Assembly: GCA_950097015.1 (NCBI GenBank)
Contig: CATNEN010000002.1
Span: forward strand, 9,052,001 to 9,116,000
DNA from: Macrostomum hystrix
Lineage: Eukaryota > Animalia > Platyhelminthes
DNA length: 64,000 nucleotides
Reading direction: 5' to 3'
The position numbers and the translations under genes are program-made. Below the pieces are notes generated by a model. The model ran no database searches. It worked only from the letters and a program-made list of their open reading frames with translations, and was not told the origin of the DNA. Shown piece after piece: positions 1 to 11,700 of the stretch (its first letter is position 1; each line of letters begins with the position of its first letter).

Positions 1-1050
1 TATTAAACTGCACTGTCATGCTGAACATGGAACTCATGATGGAATTTCCATGGAAATACCGGCCGCGATATACGAAAAACGCAGGTCTAGAACGTACCTT
101 GTGACTGGGCAAGTTTAAACTGCGAGATTGTAATTGAAGTTTGCTTTGTGATTGGACTAAAAAGGCACTGCTGAAAAAGAAGCTCGTTTTCGCTATTGTG
201 ATTAATGTTTTCTCGTACGTACTTAATAAACGTTCCCCCCGCCTGAGTTTTTTATTTCAATTGCTCGCCAAATGTCATAACTTTGCTTAAGCGCAGCAAA
301 TTAGAAAAATGTATGAACATGTTGGAAACATGTGTGACAATTTTTCTTTCAGAGCCTATTGAATAAAAATCTAATATTTATTTTGCGCTGACTTGAACGT
401 TTATTCAATTAATAATATCGTGTTTATATCACAAATCGATGCAAATTCAAATAAAAAATGTCAGCGCTGAGATCAAATCAAATCAAAATCTAAGCGAGAA
501 GATTCAAGGCTGATATAAGAATTTCATTGTTAATTAAAGTTACTTTTACTGAAACTTGTAGCTTGTTGTAAAACAAAAAAGTTTTGTCTTTTTGTGAAAA
601 AAATACATTGCAAGAATACTCGAATATTGACAGTCTGGCATTATAGATTGTTAATATTGGCGGCATCCATTTCTAAAAAATTTGGCAAAACCATATTTAT
701 TACATTACGAAGTTTTCTTTATTTGGCATATAATGTTCTCTACGAGTCATTACAAACTGGCGCCATTGAAATAATGAAGTCGGTTGCTAAAGTAACTATC
801 TTACTTTAGTTCCGAAGTCCATGACTGACTACAGAGAGTGGTAAAAAATATGAATTTATAGTTAATTAAAATCTACTCATTCCATATAACTAATTAAGAA
901 AGTAGACTAAATTTAATTTTAAAAAAGGCAAGAGCGGATAAAGATATAAAAATGTGAAAGAGCACACCCCTAATTCATGTACCAGCTATCTCTATTGTCT
1001 GTAGGAAAATTGCGAGAACACAAGGACTGCTCGAGTAATGTAGAAACCTT

Positions 1051-1932
1051 ATAAGTTCTTTGCGTTGTCCTCGCGAGAAAATGTCCAATCAGGGCTTGAA
1101 AATCGACACTTTGAAGGCGCTAATCAGTAGGAGGTAAAAAAACATGAGCAGGGCATTGTAATTGGACACTTTAGTATTGTCTCTGCAGCATCACTCAGAT
1201 CAAAGAGAAAATTGTAAAAGGCCACATTAGAAGGTTAGTAAGATTCAAACTTATCGAATCAGCTAGAACGATTGAGGAAAATTGAGGAAACTAGCTATTT
1301 TTTAGATAAACTACACCAAAATTTACTAGATTATATCACAAAGATAGACCAACCGAAACGCGTCAATATGATAAGTCATGGCTCGAAAATCATGATAATC
1401 TAAAACACAGACTCTCTGGGGATAGAAAGGAATGAGTGGAGAATTTTTATTCGTTATCCTGTAGAGTTGTCAAAGGCACGCTGCGACAGTGTCTTCAAAT
1501 ATTAATACCTCGAAGACCTCAGTAGCTGGAGCAAACCAGCAGCGCCTTCTTGTTCATAGCTCCACCTGACAGTCTTGACAAACCGGTGATTTCTGCAGTG
1601 CTCCACCAAGCCTCGTCCGAACTCCTCCAGGATGTCGTCGACCTGCTGCGGGCTGATCAGTCCGGCGAAGCCCCAGTTCAGCTGCTCGCGCAGGTAAGAA
1701 AACTGGCCGGGAATTTCGAAGGCCAGTCTTGAATGCTGCCAGTGCCAGACTTGATAATTGTAGGGCCTGCCATTGGATCCCATGAAGCTTTCGTTATTTT
1801 TTTGGGCTCCGTGGTCGGCCAGGCCCTGCTCCAGAGCGCTCTGCTCAGGGAAGCGATTGCTTGCAGGCAGGACAATGAAGTACGGCTTGTCGAACGGCAA
1901 AGCACTCCCTTGACTGGACTCGTTCTGCATGT
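1051..1932 (+). repeat. Near-identical segment shared with 17481-18373 (last exon plus about 450 bp of 3' flank of paralogs 1 and 3)
   Basis: GTTGTCCTCGCGAGAAAATGTCC...GGGGATAGAAAGGAATGAGTGGAG...CTCGAAGACCTCAG is read at both positions with few substitutions. Confidence 0.9.
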
Positions 1933-4900
1933 CTACAAGATTGAGGATGCATTTCGTTTCTAGACATTCTGTTTCTTGATGTTGTCATTGTTGTCTTTCA
2001 TGCATACCATTAGCATGTGCTACACTTTTTAAGTTCTGATATACATTTCGAAGCGGATCATGCATGTATATGCACGTCATTCCCATAATTTGCATTCAGA
2101 CTCAGACCTAAGGCTGCCATGTTTCATTAAAAGGCCATTCTCGTGATAAAATTTTGTCAAGAAAATCAACGCGACCGACTCACACTCTTCGAATTTGTTC
2201 ACAAAGCCGCTGCAAATATTGGCTGTGAGAACGCTTGTCATTGTCGCTAGAGGAAGCACTTCGTCAATATCTAAAAACTCGGTCTCGAATACACCTTGAA
2301 TGAAGTTAAATGTGTGAATGCGTCATCGAGTGCTTGCGCAAGCGTCAGTTAAATCAATGAACGTGAACCAAAGGAGCACTGCTGTGTGGCTTGCGAATGC
2401 CATATTAAATTATGAACATCAGCCTATCAACTCACGAAGTTTGGAAAGTGTGTCCTTCAGAGCATCATGCGCGCCTTCGCCAGTGAGTGTTCTCATGGCT
2501 GCCACACAGCAATGTGGTAGGTGCTTGAGACGATCCGGTAGAACTTCGTGGATTTTATTTTCCTCAGCCCCCACAATGATTGCGGAAACGCAGCACTTGC
2601 AGCTTAAATTCATCTAAAACGTCAGATTTGGCTAATTATTATCGGGCAGGGAGAAGTTGACAGGTATTCAGCATCATACGAGGGTCGTGCTTTTAGCGCC
2701 TAACCTAGATGAACCAGTCGTACAATCAGTGGGCAATTGATTTGCCACGCCAGAAGGGGCTCTGGTCGTCTGCCGCGATAAGTGCCGCGGGCGTCGACTC
2801 CCCTAACACGCGCTTTTCCCCACTTACAGTTAGCATAGGACAGACATAAAAATCAGCACGCACCTTTTTAGCAGCGGCTGCAACTTTATGATTCTCGGTG
2901 CCCCTCGTCAAGTCCTCCTGACTCAGCACAAGTAGAATTCTACGGAATTTTCCTGCGTATTGTTCCCATTGATCCTGAGACAGCGATTCGTCCACTGTCG
3001 GAATAAGTTCGTACTTGCCATCGATTATCGAATCCAGTGCCATCTTAAGGGTGTCCGTCTGATCCCTAATGGAGCTGCTTACAGCCACGAGCACATGCGG
3101 ATCTGCGCATTCTATTGAAAGCTTTGATACATTGTCCATTACGCCGAGACTTGCGTCCTTCGCCTGGGCTTGGGCAAAGCAGCTCATGCTTTCAGTTTTC
3201 ATGCATTCTCGCAGACTCTCTTCGCTGGCCACCTCTACCAGCGCCAACCTTGAGCTCATCTCAGTGCTAGTGTAGAGCTCTAGGTTGCTAAAAAACTGCT
3301 TAGAAAAGTTAGGATGGTAGATGATCATTTTCAGCGCCTCCTTGAACTGACTGAACATTTCGTTTTGGACATCAGCAATGTCCTGTCCTTGCGATGCCTC
3401 AACGCTTATGTCTCGCATGGCGAAGATCGGGGAGGCCCAGTCGGCGAAGATGACAGCGTGCGTCTCTCCTGAAGGTGTTCTTTGATGCAGCTTCATCAAG
3501 TAGATGAACACTTTTCTTTGATAGCCAAGGCCATCGAAAGACAAAATCCCAGTTTTCACGCAACCAGGGAACAGGACGTCCGGACTGACGTCTTGACCCA
3601 GTTTGTCCGGAACAAGAACGAAATACTTTTTGAGCACCAGAATTCTTTCAGGTGGCAGTTGAATTTCCACGCTGCTCAGCTTGCTCCCACTGAGATGATC
3701 ACCATCATAGAGAGCTTCTGTGATCTGAGTCTCCAGGTTGGGCACAATGAGACGCAGGAAGGTTGTGGCGAAGTTCCAGGCGAAAGCTTCTCCGGTGCTC
3801 GCATTGCTCATTGGATCTGGAGTTTGGTTTTGAATTGTTGGACATTGTATGCAAGAGTTAGCTCGTAATTGTAGTGTGCAGTAATTCCGTTTCATCGTTT
3901 GAAAAGGCTATTTTTGTCATCGCCACCCTGATAGATTACAACAATGGCAAAGAAATATGAAGTTTTTGTATCTGTTCAGTTTCCATTCAGCTACTCAAAT
4001 TATTTAAGATGTTTAAGAGTGAGTCACATTCAGTTTTTCGTGAATCGGTAAAAAGTTCTAATGGTTGAAAAAATTGGTTTCTATTGAAGGACTAAGAAAG
4101 CAGATGGACAGATTACTATTTTTGTAGAGATGTAGCTGAAAGCCGATACGGAGCGAGAAAATGAATGCATTGAGGAAATGAACCAATTGAACGAAATTTT
4201 TCTTTTTTTCTGTATCTCTTAAAATATTCAACCGATCGCACTGACAATCCTGAACACAATGGCTCTATCCGATGAAACAACTTCCAGAAGCACAAGCCAT
4301 CGGTATCGTTGAGATATTCAAGGATTCTCGTCGGCGTGCAGTCTGCTGGAAAAGCCACCAAAAGAAGCAGAAGTTTTCTGCTTTCTAAACTCCATCATGC
4401 AACCATGTCGGCTATTAATGTTGACTATATTGAATTGATTCTATTGTTAATTTATGCCCCCTTGAACCAATATGGATTCGCCAAAGAGGTTAATACTGAG
4501 CAATGTTATTTGTCCTTGTCTCTAGGTTCTTAGACAAAAATCGCTGAATATATCGACGATGCTGACTCGGACGCCTTTGAAAGTTAGTTAATCGTACAGG
4601 GCGGAAAATTTAGAAGCAAATGGTGGACTTTCACGAAAATCGGTCATTCGGTTTGAGAGCTATCGTGAAGTAGGGAGTGGGTATTTGAAATCCCTTGTGG
4701 TCTTTCCCATGGGGAAAAATAGCATAGTCTTTCTAGTGTTAACGAATGCTCCTGCTAAGCAATTCATAGAATTCGCTACTTCCTCACCGTGAGCACTTTC
4801 GAGGCCGGCCCGGACTGCCGCTACCAAGTCTTCGAGCTTTTCCTGATCATTTGTTCCGGTCAGCTTGACAACGGACCGGAAGTGATCGAGAACTCTCGGG

Positions 4901-6850
4901 TGCTGCAAAAGGTCCCGCGGATTCGCCTCCCCTGGCTGAGTTCGGGAGGCCATGTTGTCCACCGCGTACATCTGAACTCCCCGATTCGATACGCGCTGCA
5001 AAATTATGCACGTGAATGCTGTCATGAGTTCGACAGAATGCAATATCTACATAGGACCAATGAAACTTGTGAATTCTAGCTCCTCAAAAGTTCTCTTGCA
5101 GCTAATACTTCTAGTATCAATAAAGTGGTTACAATTTTATACGTGCCACAAATTGAGCCTGATATGCCGCCAACAGAACAGCCGCAGCTATTGCGCAGCG
5201 CAAATGCCCTGCTGGTCTGTGCCCTCAATTATCCCAGCTGTGCTGACTATGAAATGAATCATATCCCAGCTGTGCTGACTATGAAATGAATCATATCCCA
5301 GCTGTGCTTACTATGAAATGAATCATATCCCAGCTGTGCTGACTATGAAATGAATCATATCCCAGCTGTGCTGACTATGAAATGAATCATATCCCAGCTG
5401 TGCTGACTATGAAATGAATCATATCCCAGCTGTGCTGACTATGAAATGAATCATATCCCAGCTGTGCTGACTATGAAATGAATCATATCCCAGCTGTGCT
5501 GACTATGAAATGAATCATATCCCAGCTGTGCTGACTATGAAATGAATCATATCCCAGCTGTGCTGACTATGAAATGAATCATATCCCAGCTGTGCTGACT
5601 ATGAAATGAATCATATCCCAGCTGTGCTTACTATGAAATGAATCATATCCCAGCTGTGCTGACTATGAAATGAATCATATCCCAGCTGTGCTGACTATGA
5701 AATGAATCATATCCCAGCTGTGCTGACTATGAAATGAATCATATCCCAGCTGTGCTGACTATGAAATGAATCATATCCCAGCTGTGCTGACTATGAAATG
5801 AATCATATCCCAGCTGTGCTGACTATGAAATGAATCATATCCCAGCTGTGCTGACTATGAAATGAATCATATCCCAGCTGTGCTGACTATGAAATGAATC
5901 ATATCCCAGCTGTGCTGACTATGAAATGAATCATATCCCAGCTGTGCTGACTATGAAATGAATCATATCCCAGCTGTGCTGACTATGAAATGAATCATAT
6001 CCCAGCTGTGCTGACTATGAAATGAATCATATCCTAGCTGTGCTGACTATGAAATGAATCATATCCCAGCTGTGCTGACTATGAAATGAATCATATCCCA
6101 GCTGTGCTGACTATGAAATGAATCATATCCCAGCTGTGCTGACTATGAAATGAATCATATCCCAGCTGTGCTGACTATGAAATGAATCATATCCCAGCTA
6201 TGCTGACTATGAAATGAATCATATCCCAGCTGTGCTGACTATGAAATGAATCATATCCCAGCTGTGCTGACTATGAAATGAATCATATCCCAGCTGTGCT
6301 GACTATGAAATGAATCATATCCCAGCTGTGCTGACTATGAAATGAATCATATTCCAGCTGTGCTGACTATGAAATGAATCATATCCCAGCTGTGCTGACT
6401 ATGAAATGAATCATAGCCCAGCTGTGCTGACTATGAAATGAATCATATCCCAGTTGTGCTGACTATGAAATGAATCATATCCCAGCTGTGCTGACTATTA
6501 AAAGTACAAAAAATGGTATTCAGCAGTTCCTGCTTCCGCAGGCCTTACCCGCTTCATCGTCAGTAGCAGGAGGGGCTGCAAGTACACCACAGGCTTTATG
6601 TTGAACAGAATCACAATGGCATCAGATCTATACACCAGCTGCACAACGCTTGCCCAGTCATTCAGGTTCTCATGACTTTCGACCTGAACTAGTCGGTCCT
6701 CCTCTGTGTCACTTCTGGCTGGAACTAAATCTTCAAAGGCTCTTTCCATTGCGTCTTTCAACACTCTGCTGGCATTGTTGGCTCCTCCGACCACTACCAA
6801 AGCGGCGGTGAGGGCTTGGTAGTTCCCGTAGCCAACATAGTCACTAGGTA
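1502..6850 (-). CDS. TIR-STING-TIR-STING-like paralog 1. Exons 6850-6549, 4995-4788, 3816-2864, 2613-2436, 2294-2184, 1932-1502; start exon not resolved.
   Basis: All junctions are GT-AG with consistent phases (0,1,0,1,1) and an open frame of about 728 codons. STING-like motifs: GEAFAWNFATTFLRLIVP, YFVLVP, GYQRKV, FADWASP (domain 1); VLTANICSGFV, YFIVLP, GSNGRPYNYQVW, AFEIPGQ (domain 2). Two beta/alpha x5 TIR-like segments flank domain 1. Confidence 0.85.
5231..6498. repeat. 32-bp minisatellite (ATCCCAGCTGTGCTGACTATGAAATGAATCAT), about 40 copies, intronic in paralog 1
   Basis: Near-perfect tandem periodicity read directly. Confidence 0.97.
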
Positions 6851-8737
6851 CTGCAAATAATTATGAGAAAACGGCTAATGAAACAGGTGCGAAAACAAAC
6901 AACCGCAAATTTGCTAGATCTGAAGCTTGTGAACCTGATCGAACATTCTAGATGCCTGTACTAAAAGTAAAAAATGTGTTTTTGGTTGAACAATTGCTTC
7001 AGTAATTGTTGATAAGTAGTTACTCCAGTAATTGTTCGTAAGTACTTATTCCAGTAATTGTTCATAAGTACTTATTCCAGTAATGGTTGATAGGTACTTT
7101 CCAGCAATCATTCCAGTAGGATAGAAGGAGGAATTAACACTAGTTTCTTAAGTAAGGTCTAGTACGAGCTACGATCCAAATTAAAGGCTATTTAGATCTC
7201 AGTAAGGCTGATATCAAAATGGTAAAATACTTATTAAAAAAAGAAATTTTATAAAGTTAAACTAAATTATGCCTTACGGATTGGAGCATTATACAAATGC
7301 ACGCCAGCGTTTCGAATTGAGTAGTCAAATATCTGAGAAAATTGTGTCATTCTAACTCTCTTGAAGTTAAATGACGCTGTTGTAAAACAAACGTCCAACT
7401 AAAATATCAAGTCGCTGCGGTGAAATAATAAAGCATAGCTTTCATGTGCTGCGCGTACTCTGAGTGTACAGGCAACGATTGCGCACAGCTGGGACGGTGT
7501 CAGTGTACAAAAGTGCGCTAGCTGTGAGCAAAAACTGCTATCGGTGCGTCTTTTCGTTGCCTGTACACTATCTGACGGGCTGAACATGGAACTTGCAAAG
7601 GCAATTCCGTGGAAATACCTCCTGGAAAAAACTGTACATTTTTCAATGGGATATTGTTTGCTTTCTAAGCCTGCTCATATTATGTATATTATGGACACTA
7701 TAATAGTATGAATACTAAATCAATGTGAAATTTAAGGCTCTTCAAATCCAGAAGCAATAATTTAGAGTTCCAGGCAATATACGCAGATTCTCTCCATTGG
7801 CTAGAATTTAAACGAATGTCGCTTAAGAACAAAACGCAACGCTGCAAAAAACTGGCACACCCATCTAGAAATGAGTCATGAAGAGTCCATAGTCTCAGGT
7901 ACATGGAAAAGCCAGAAACCGCTGTCTTGCATAGAAACTACAAACAAGGAGCATCGACCATAGACTACGGACTCTTAAACAGAAATCTTTTGATTGTTAC
8001 GATGCTAACCAATGGAGAGAATTAGCGACCACAAAGCGGGAAAACGGCAGTTTTTTCCGTAGGCAAGTGTTTATTTATCTATTGTCTGCACCATCCCAAT
8101 GGAGACAAGCGAAAAAGGCAATATAGAGGTTATTTAAATCCAAATCTATCGACTCTTCATGCTTGTAAAAGGCGTTAGAAAATGGAGGAAAATATTATTA
8201 AAGACATACTAAACGAATAGTAAATAAATAATCATACAAAATTGAGGACAACCGTGAAAAATGTGTAAAGATGCGGAACCAAATCTTAAAAACAATATAT
8301 TAGAAAATGACCTCTTACATGATAGAAAGGAATGAGTAAGGCCTCTTATTCCGGATGTGCTGTATTGGCAAAGGCACGCCGTTACACTTTCTTCAGCTTT
8401 TTATAGTCTCCAAAAATAACGGATTCATAGCCACATCGAAGTATTCAGCGGTGTGCCACTCAACTGACTTGAGAAACCGATAAGTGTATAAAAAAATTGA
8501 AATTCCGAGAGAAAAAGTGATCACCAATAAAACACAGCAATGGTAGCTAAGGATTAACACTACGATAAAAACATACGAAAAAAGTTAGAAGTTGAACACC
8601 TTGAAATAAAAAAACACAGCCTCTAGGAATACCAGCTAGAAAGGAAAGAGCACATCATTCTTATTGGGCATTTTAGCACTTGATTGTCAAAAAAGACAGT
8701 GCCTGTTACAGAGTCGCCAAATCCAAATGTGGCGGAT

Positions 8738-11700
8738 TCACTGCAACCTCGAAGACCTCAGCAGCTGGAGCAAACCAGCAGCGCCTTCTAGTTCGCCGCT
8801 CCACCGGACAGTCTTGACAAAGCGATAGTTTCTGCAGTCTTCCTCCAGGCCTCTTCCGAACTCCTCCAGGATGTCGTCGACCTGCTGCGGGCTGATCAGT
8901 CCGGAGAAGCCCCAGTTCAGCTGCTCGCGCAGGTAAGAAAACTGAACTGGAATCATAAATGCCAGTCTTGAATCCTGCCAGTGCCAGACTTGATAATTGT
9001 AGGGCCTGCCATTGGATCCCAGGAAGCTTTCGTCCTTTTTCTGGGCTCCGAGGTCAGACAGTCTCTGCTCCAGAGCGCTCTGCTCAGGGAAGCGATTGTT
9101 GGCAGGCAGGACCATGAAGTACGGCTTGTCGAACAGCAAAGCACTCCCTTGATTGGACTCGTTCTGGATGTCTGCAAGATTGAGGTATGTTTCTAAACAT
9201 GTTTCTTGACGTCAGGCATACCATCGGCAGGTCTACACTTGTATGGTCAGATAAACTTTTAGAATTGCTAGGACCATCTCTCTATCTATTTGCAGGGGGG
9301 CCCGGGGCACTTGCCGCACAAGCGACAGAGCGGCACGCCCCCAGACCGGCGAACTAGGCGCTTAGCGCCCATCGCACCGCCTCCCCTGAGCAGGCACCAC
9401 ACACAGCAGCACAGACCAGCCGGGGAGGGCAGGAGGCACCCAGAATAGGCAGCAGTGCCCCACCCAGCTCCACACGCACAGAGCAGACCAAGCCGGGGCG
9501 GAAGGCTGATATGAAATCAGTCCTCAGGGGGGCCGGGTGATGAGTGTACACTTATCCAATCGCGCTGACGGAAATCCAGAAAGCGCGCGGCGGTGTACAC
9601 CCCCCACAAGGTGTACACCCCCCACAAGGTCTCACGCCCCAGCGCCAACGCACACAACTCACACAAAGCAGAACAGGCACACAGAAAGGTAGGAGTGAAG
9701 CTATTATTTCAAGCTTTGATTGCACGAAATATGGCGTACCTCCGCCGGTCGCTACTGTCCAAACCCTTCAACAAGTCCCGAAATTAATCGTGACTTGAAG
9801 GGAGAATCGAACTAGCGTCCATTGGAGTGCGAGGCAGCGACGCTAGCCGCTGACCCACTCGTCCCCCTCCAGGTAGGACCATGTACTAGAGGTAAAAAAG
9901 TTCACTTTTCCTGTCTCTTAAGTATGGAAAATTGAGTTCTGTGTTAGTAAATATAACTTTTAATTACGAGGGCATCTATTCAGTCTCTTGTCTCTCTCCT
10001 GCAGAGCCGCATCAGAATGAAAAATGCTCGGGAAGAAATATTTGAAATAAAATTTTAATTGGTAAATCAGCTAAGCGATTCAAACAACAGATTAATGAAG
10101 TATTAAAATACAAATAGAATAACATTAGAATATTAGAATATATATTAGAATACACTCGGAGCGCAACGCATATGTGCAGGCTTGCTTTCTTACACTCGGT
10201 TAACTGGCTCACGAAGTCATAGATGACATTGGCTATAAGAACTTGGCCCATTGAAATGAGCGGAAAATGGTCCTCAAATTTGAGGCACTCCATCTCGGCG
10301 AGGTCTGCAAAAAGATAAATGCAGTCGTTTTGAAAATAAGCGCAACGCTATCGTTGACACAAAACGATTTTCCAGATAACAAACAAGCCGCGTCTTAAAC
10401 TCAGCCTGTCCAGAACTGTTTAGGCATTTGAAATTGATCAAGGCAGAAAAAGGACCAAATCTCAATGGGTTTAGAGAGTGATAGACTATTCAGAACATGG
10501 TTTCGATTCGCTTACAAACAAACAATATTTTACTGCTCTCTAGCTTACGAAGGCCATCGAGGACGTCGCCAAGAGTGCGCAGCTGCTGTCCGAATGGCAG
10601 CCTGCCTTCAACGTTGTCGCCAGTCAGATTTCGCACGGCTGCCACACAACAATAGGGCAGGTGCCTCAGCCGATCCGGCAGAACTTCGTGAACGGCTTCA
10701 ATCCCAACTCCAAGGTCTCCCACAATGATCACGAAGACGCAGCACTCACCGCTTGAATTCATCTAAATTGTCAGTTTTTGGCTGATTTTGTTGGGAATGG
10801 AAAAATTGATAGATGATAGATGCTCAGTACTAGCCTGAACCGAATGGGCTCGATGCATAAGCAGAGTCAAAGGCAATGTTCTGGCGTAGTGCCTTCGGCT
10901 TTCAGCTTATGTACATTAGGAGCTGCTAATGCTGGTTCCCATTCCCCGAAAATGGAAATGAAAAGTCATCCGTCTTGAAATATAACTGCTCATTTTCCTA
11001 ATTTCTTTCGAACTCCAGACTTCTCAACTAGGAGCTCCAGGACCTACGGCCCGCGTCTGTGGGTCGGTGGCAGAGCGGTTAACGCGTTTTGCCTTTCGCG
11101 CCAAGGTCCCTGAGCTCATTCCGCGGCGGGGCTAAATTTATTTGGGGCGCAGCCGCGAAGTGAAGGCTTGGGGGCTTGTTTACGCCCTTGAAGGCCAACC
11201 TCCAGGGCACAGTAAAAATGTACACTGCCTGACGATGAGAAAGTCAGGGCCGATGTACACAACTGTGTGAGCGTGTGCCTGCGTTTGGTATCTGGGTGCG
11301 TCTGTGCTCAGGAGTCAGCGAAAAGGGGCAGAATTGCATCTTCGCAGGCTGCGGGTCTAGTGTCACCTACTCGTAATGTGGCATCGCCGCAGCCTTCCTG
11401 CCGTTGTTTTGATTATTATTATCTACGGCCCTTGTCTAAAGTCTCCCAACATTGGCTTCTGTGGGCACGCAAGAATGGGGAGGGCGGGTGATCTCACTGA
11501 GTGGCAGGATGCCCACCCAGTGCCCTGTGTTTCTTGCTAACCTCTTAAAGCTTGTATAGAACAGCCACAAAATTAGCTCGTACCTTTTCAGCAGCGGCCA
11601 GAACTTCGTACCTTGATTCGTCCCCCTGTAAGTCATCCAGACTCAGCACAAGTAGAATTTTGCGGAATATATTTGCACATTCTCGAAACAGCCGTTCGTC

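Noticed and set aside
2726-3895. Single-exon 389-aa protein as given by the ORF track (also 11545-12501, 23988-24902, 52025-52948)
   Set aside because: The ORF ends run into introns. Conserved AG acceptors and AAG|GT donors at matching positions in all four paralogs define the true exon.
9790-9867. Functional tRNA gene (also 11050-11140 and about 54670-54750)
   Set aside because: A/B-box-like motifs are present but no convincing cloverleaf, and the head is attached to a longer shared body, typical of SINEs.
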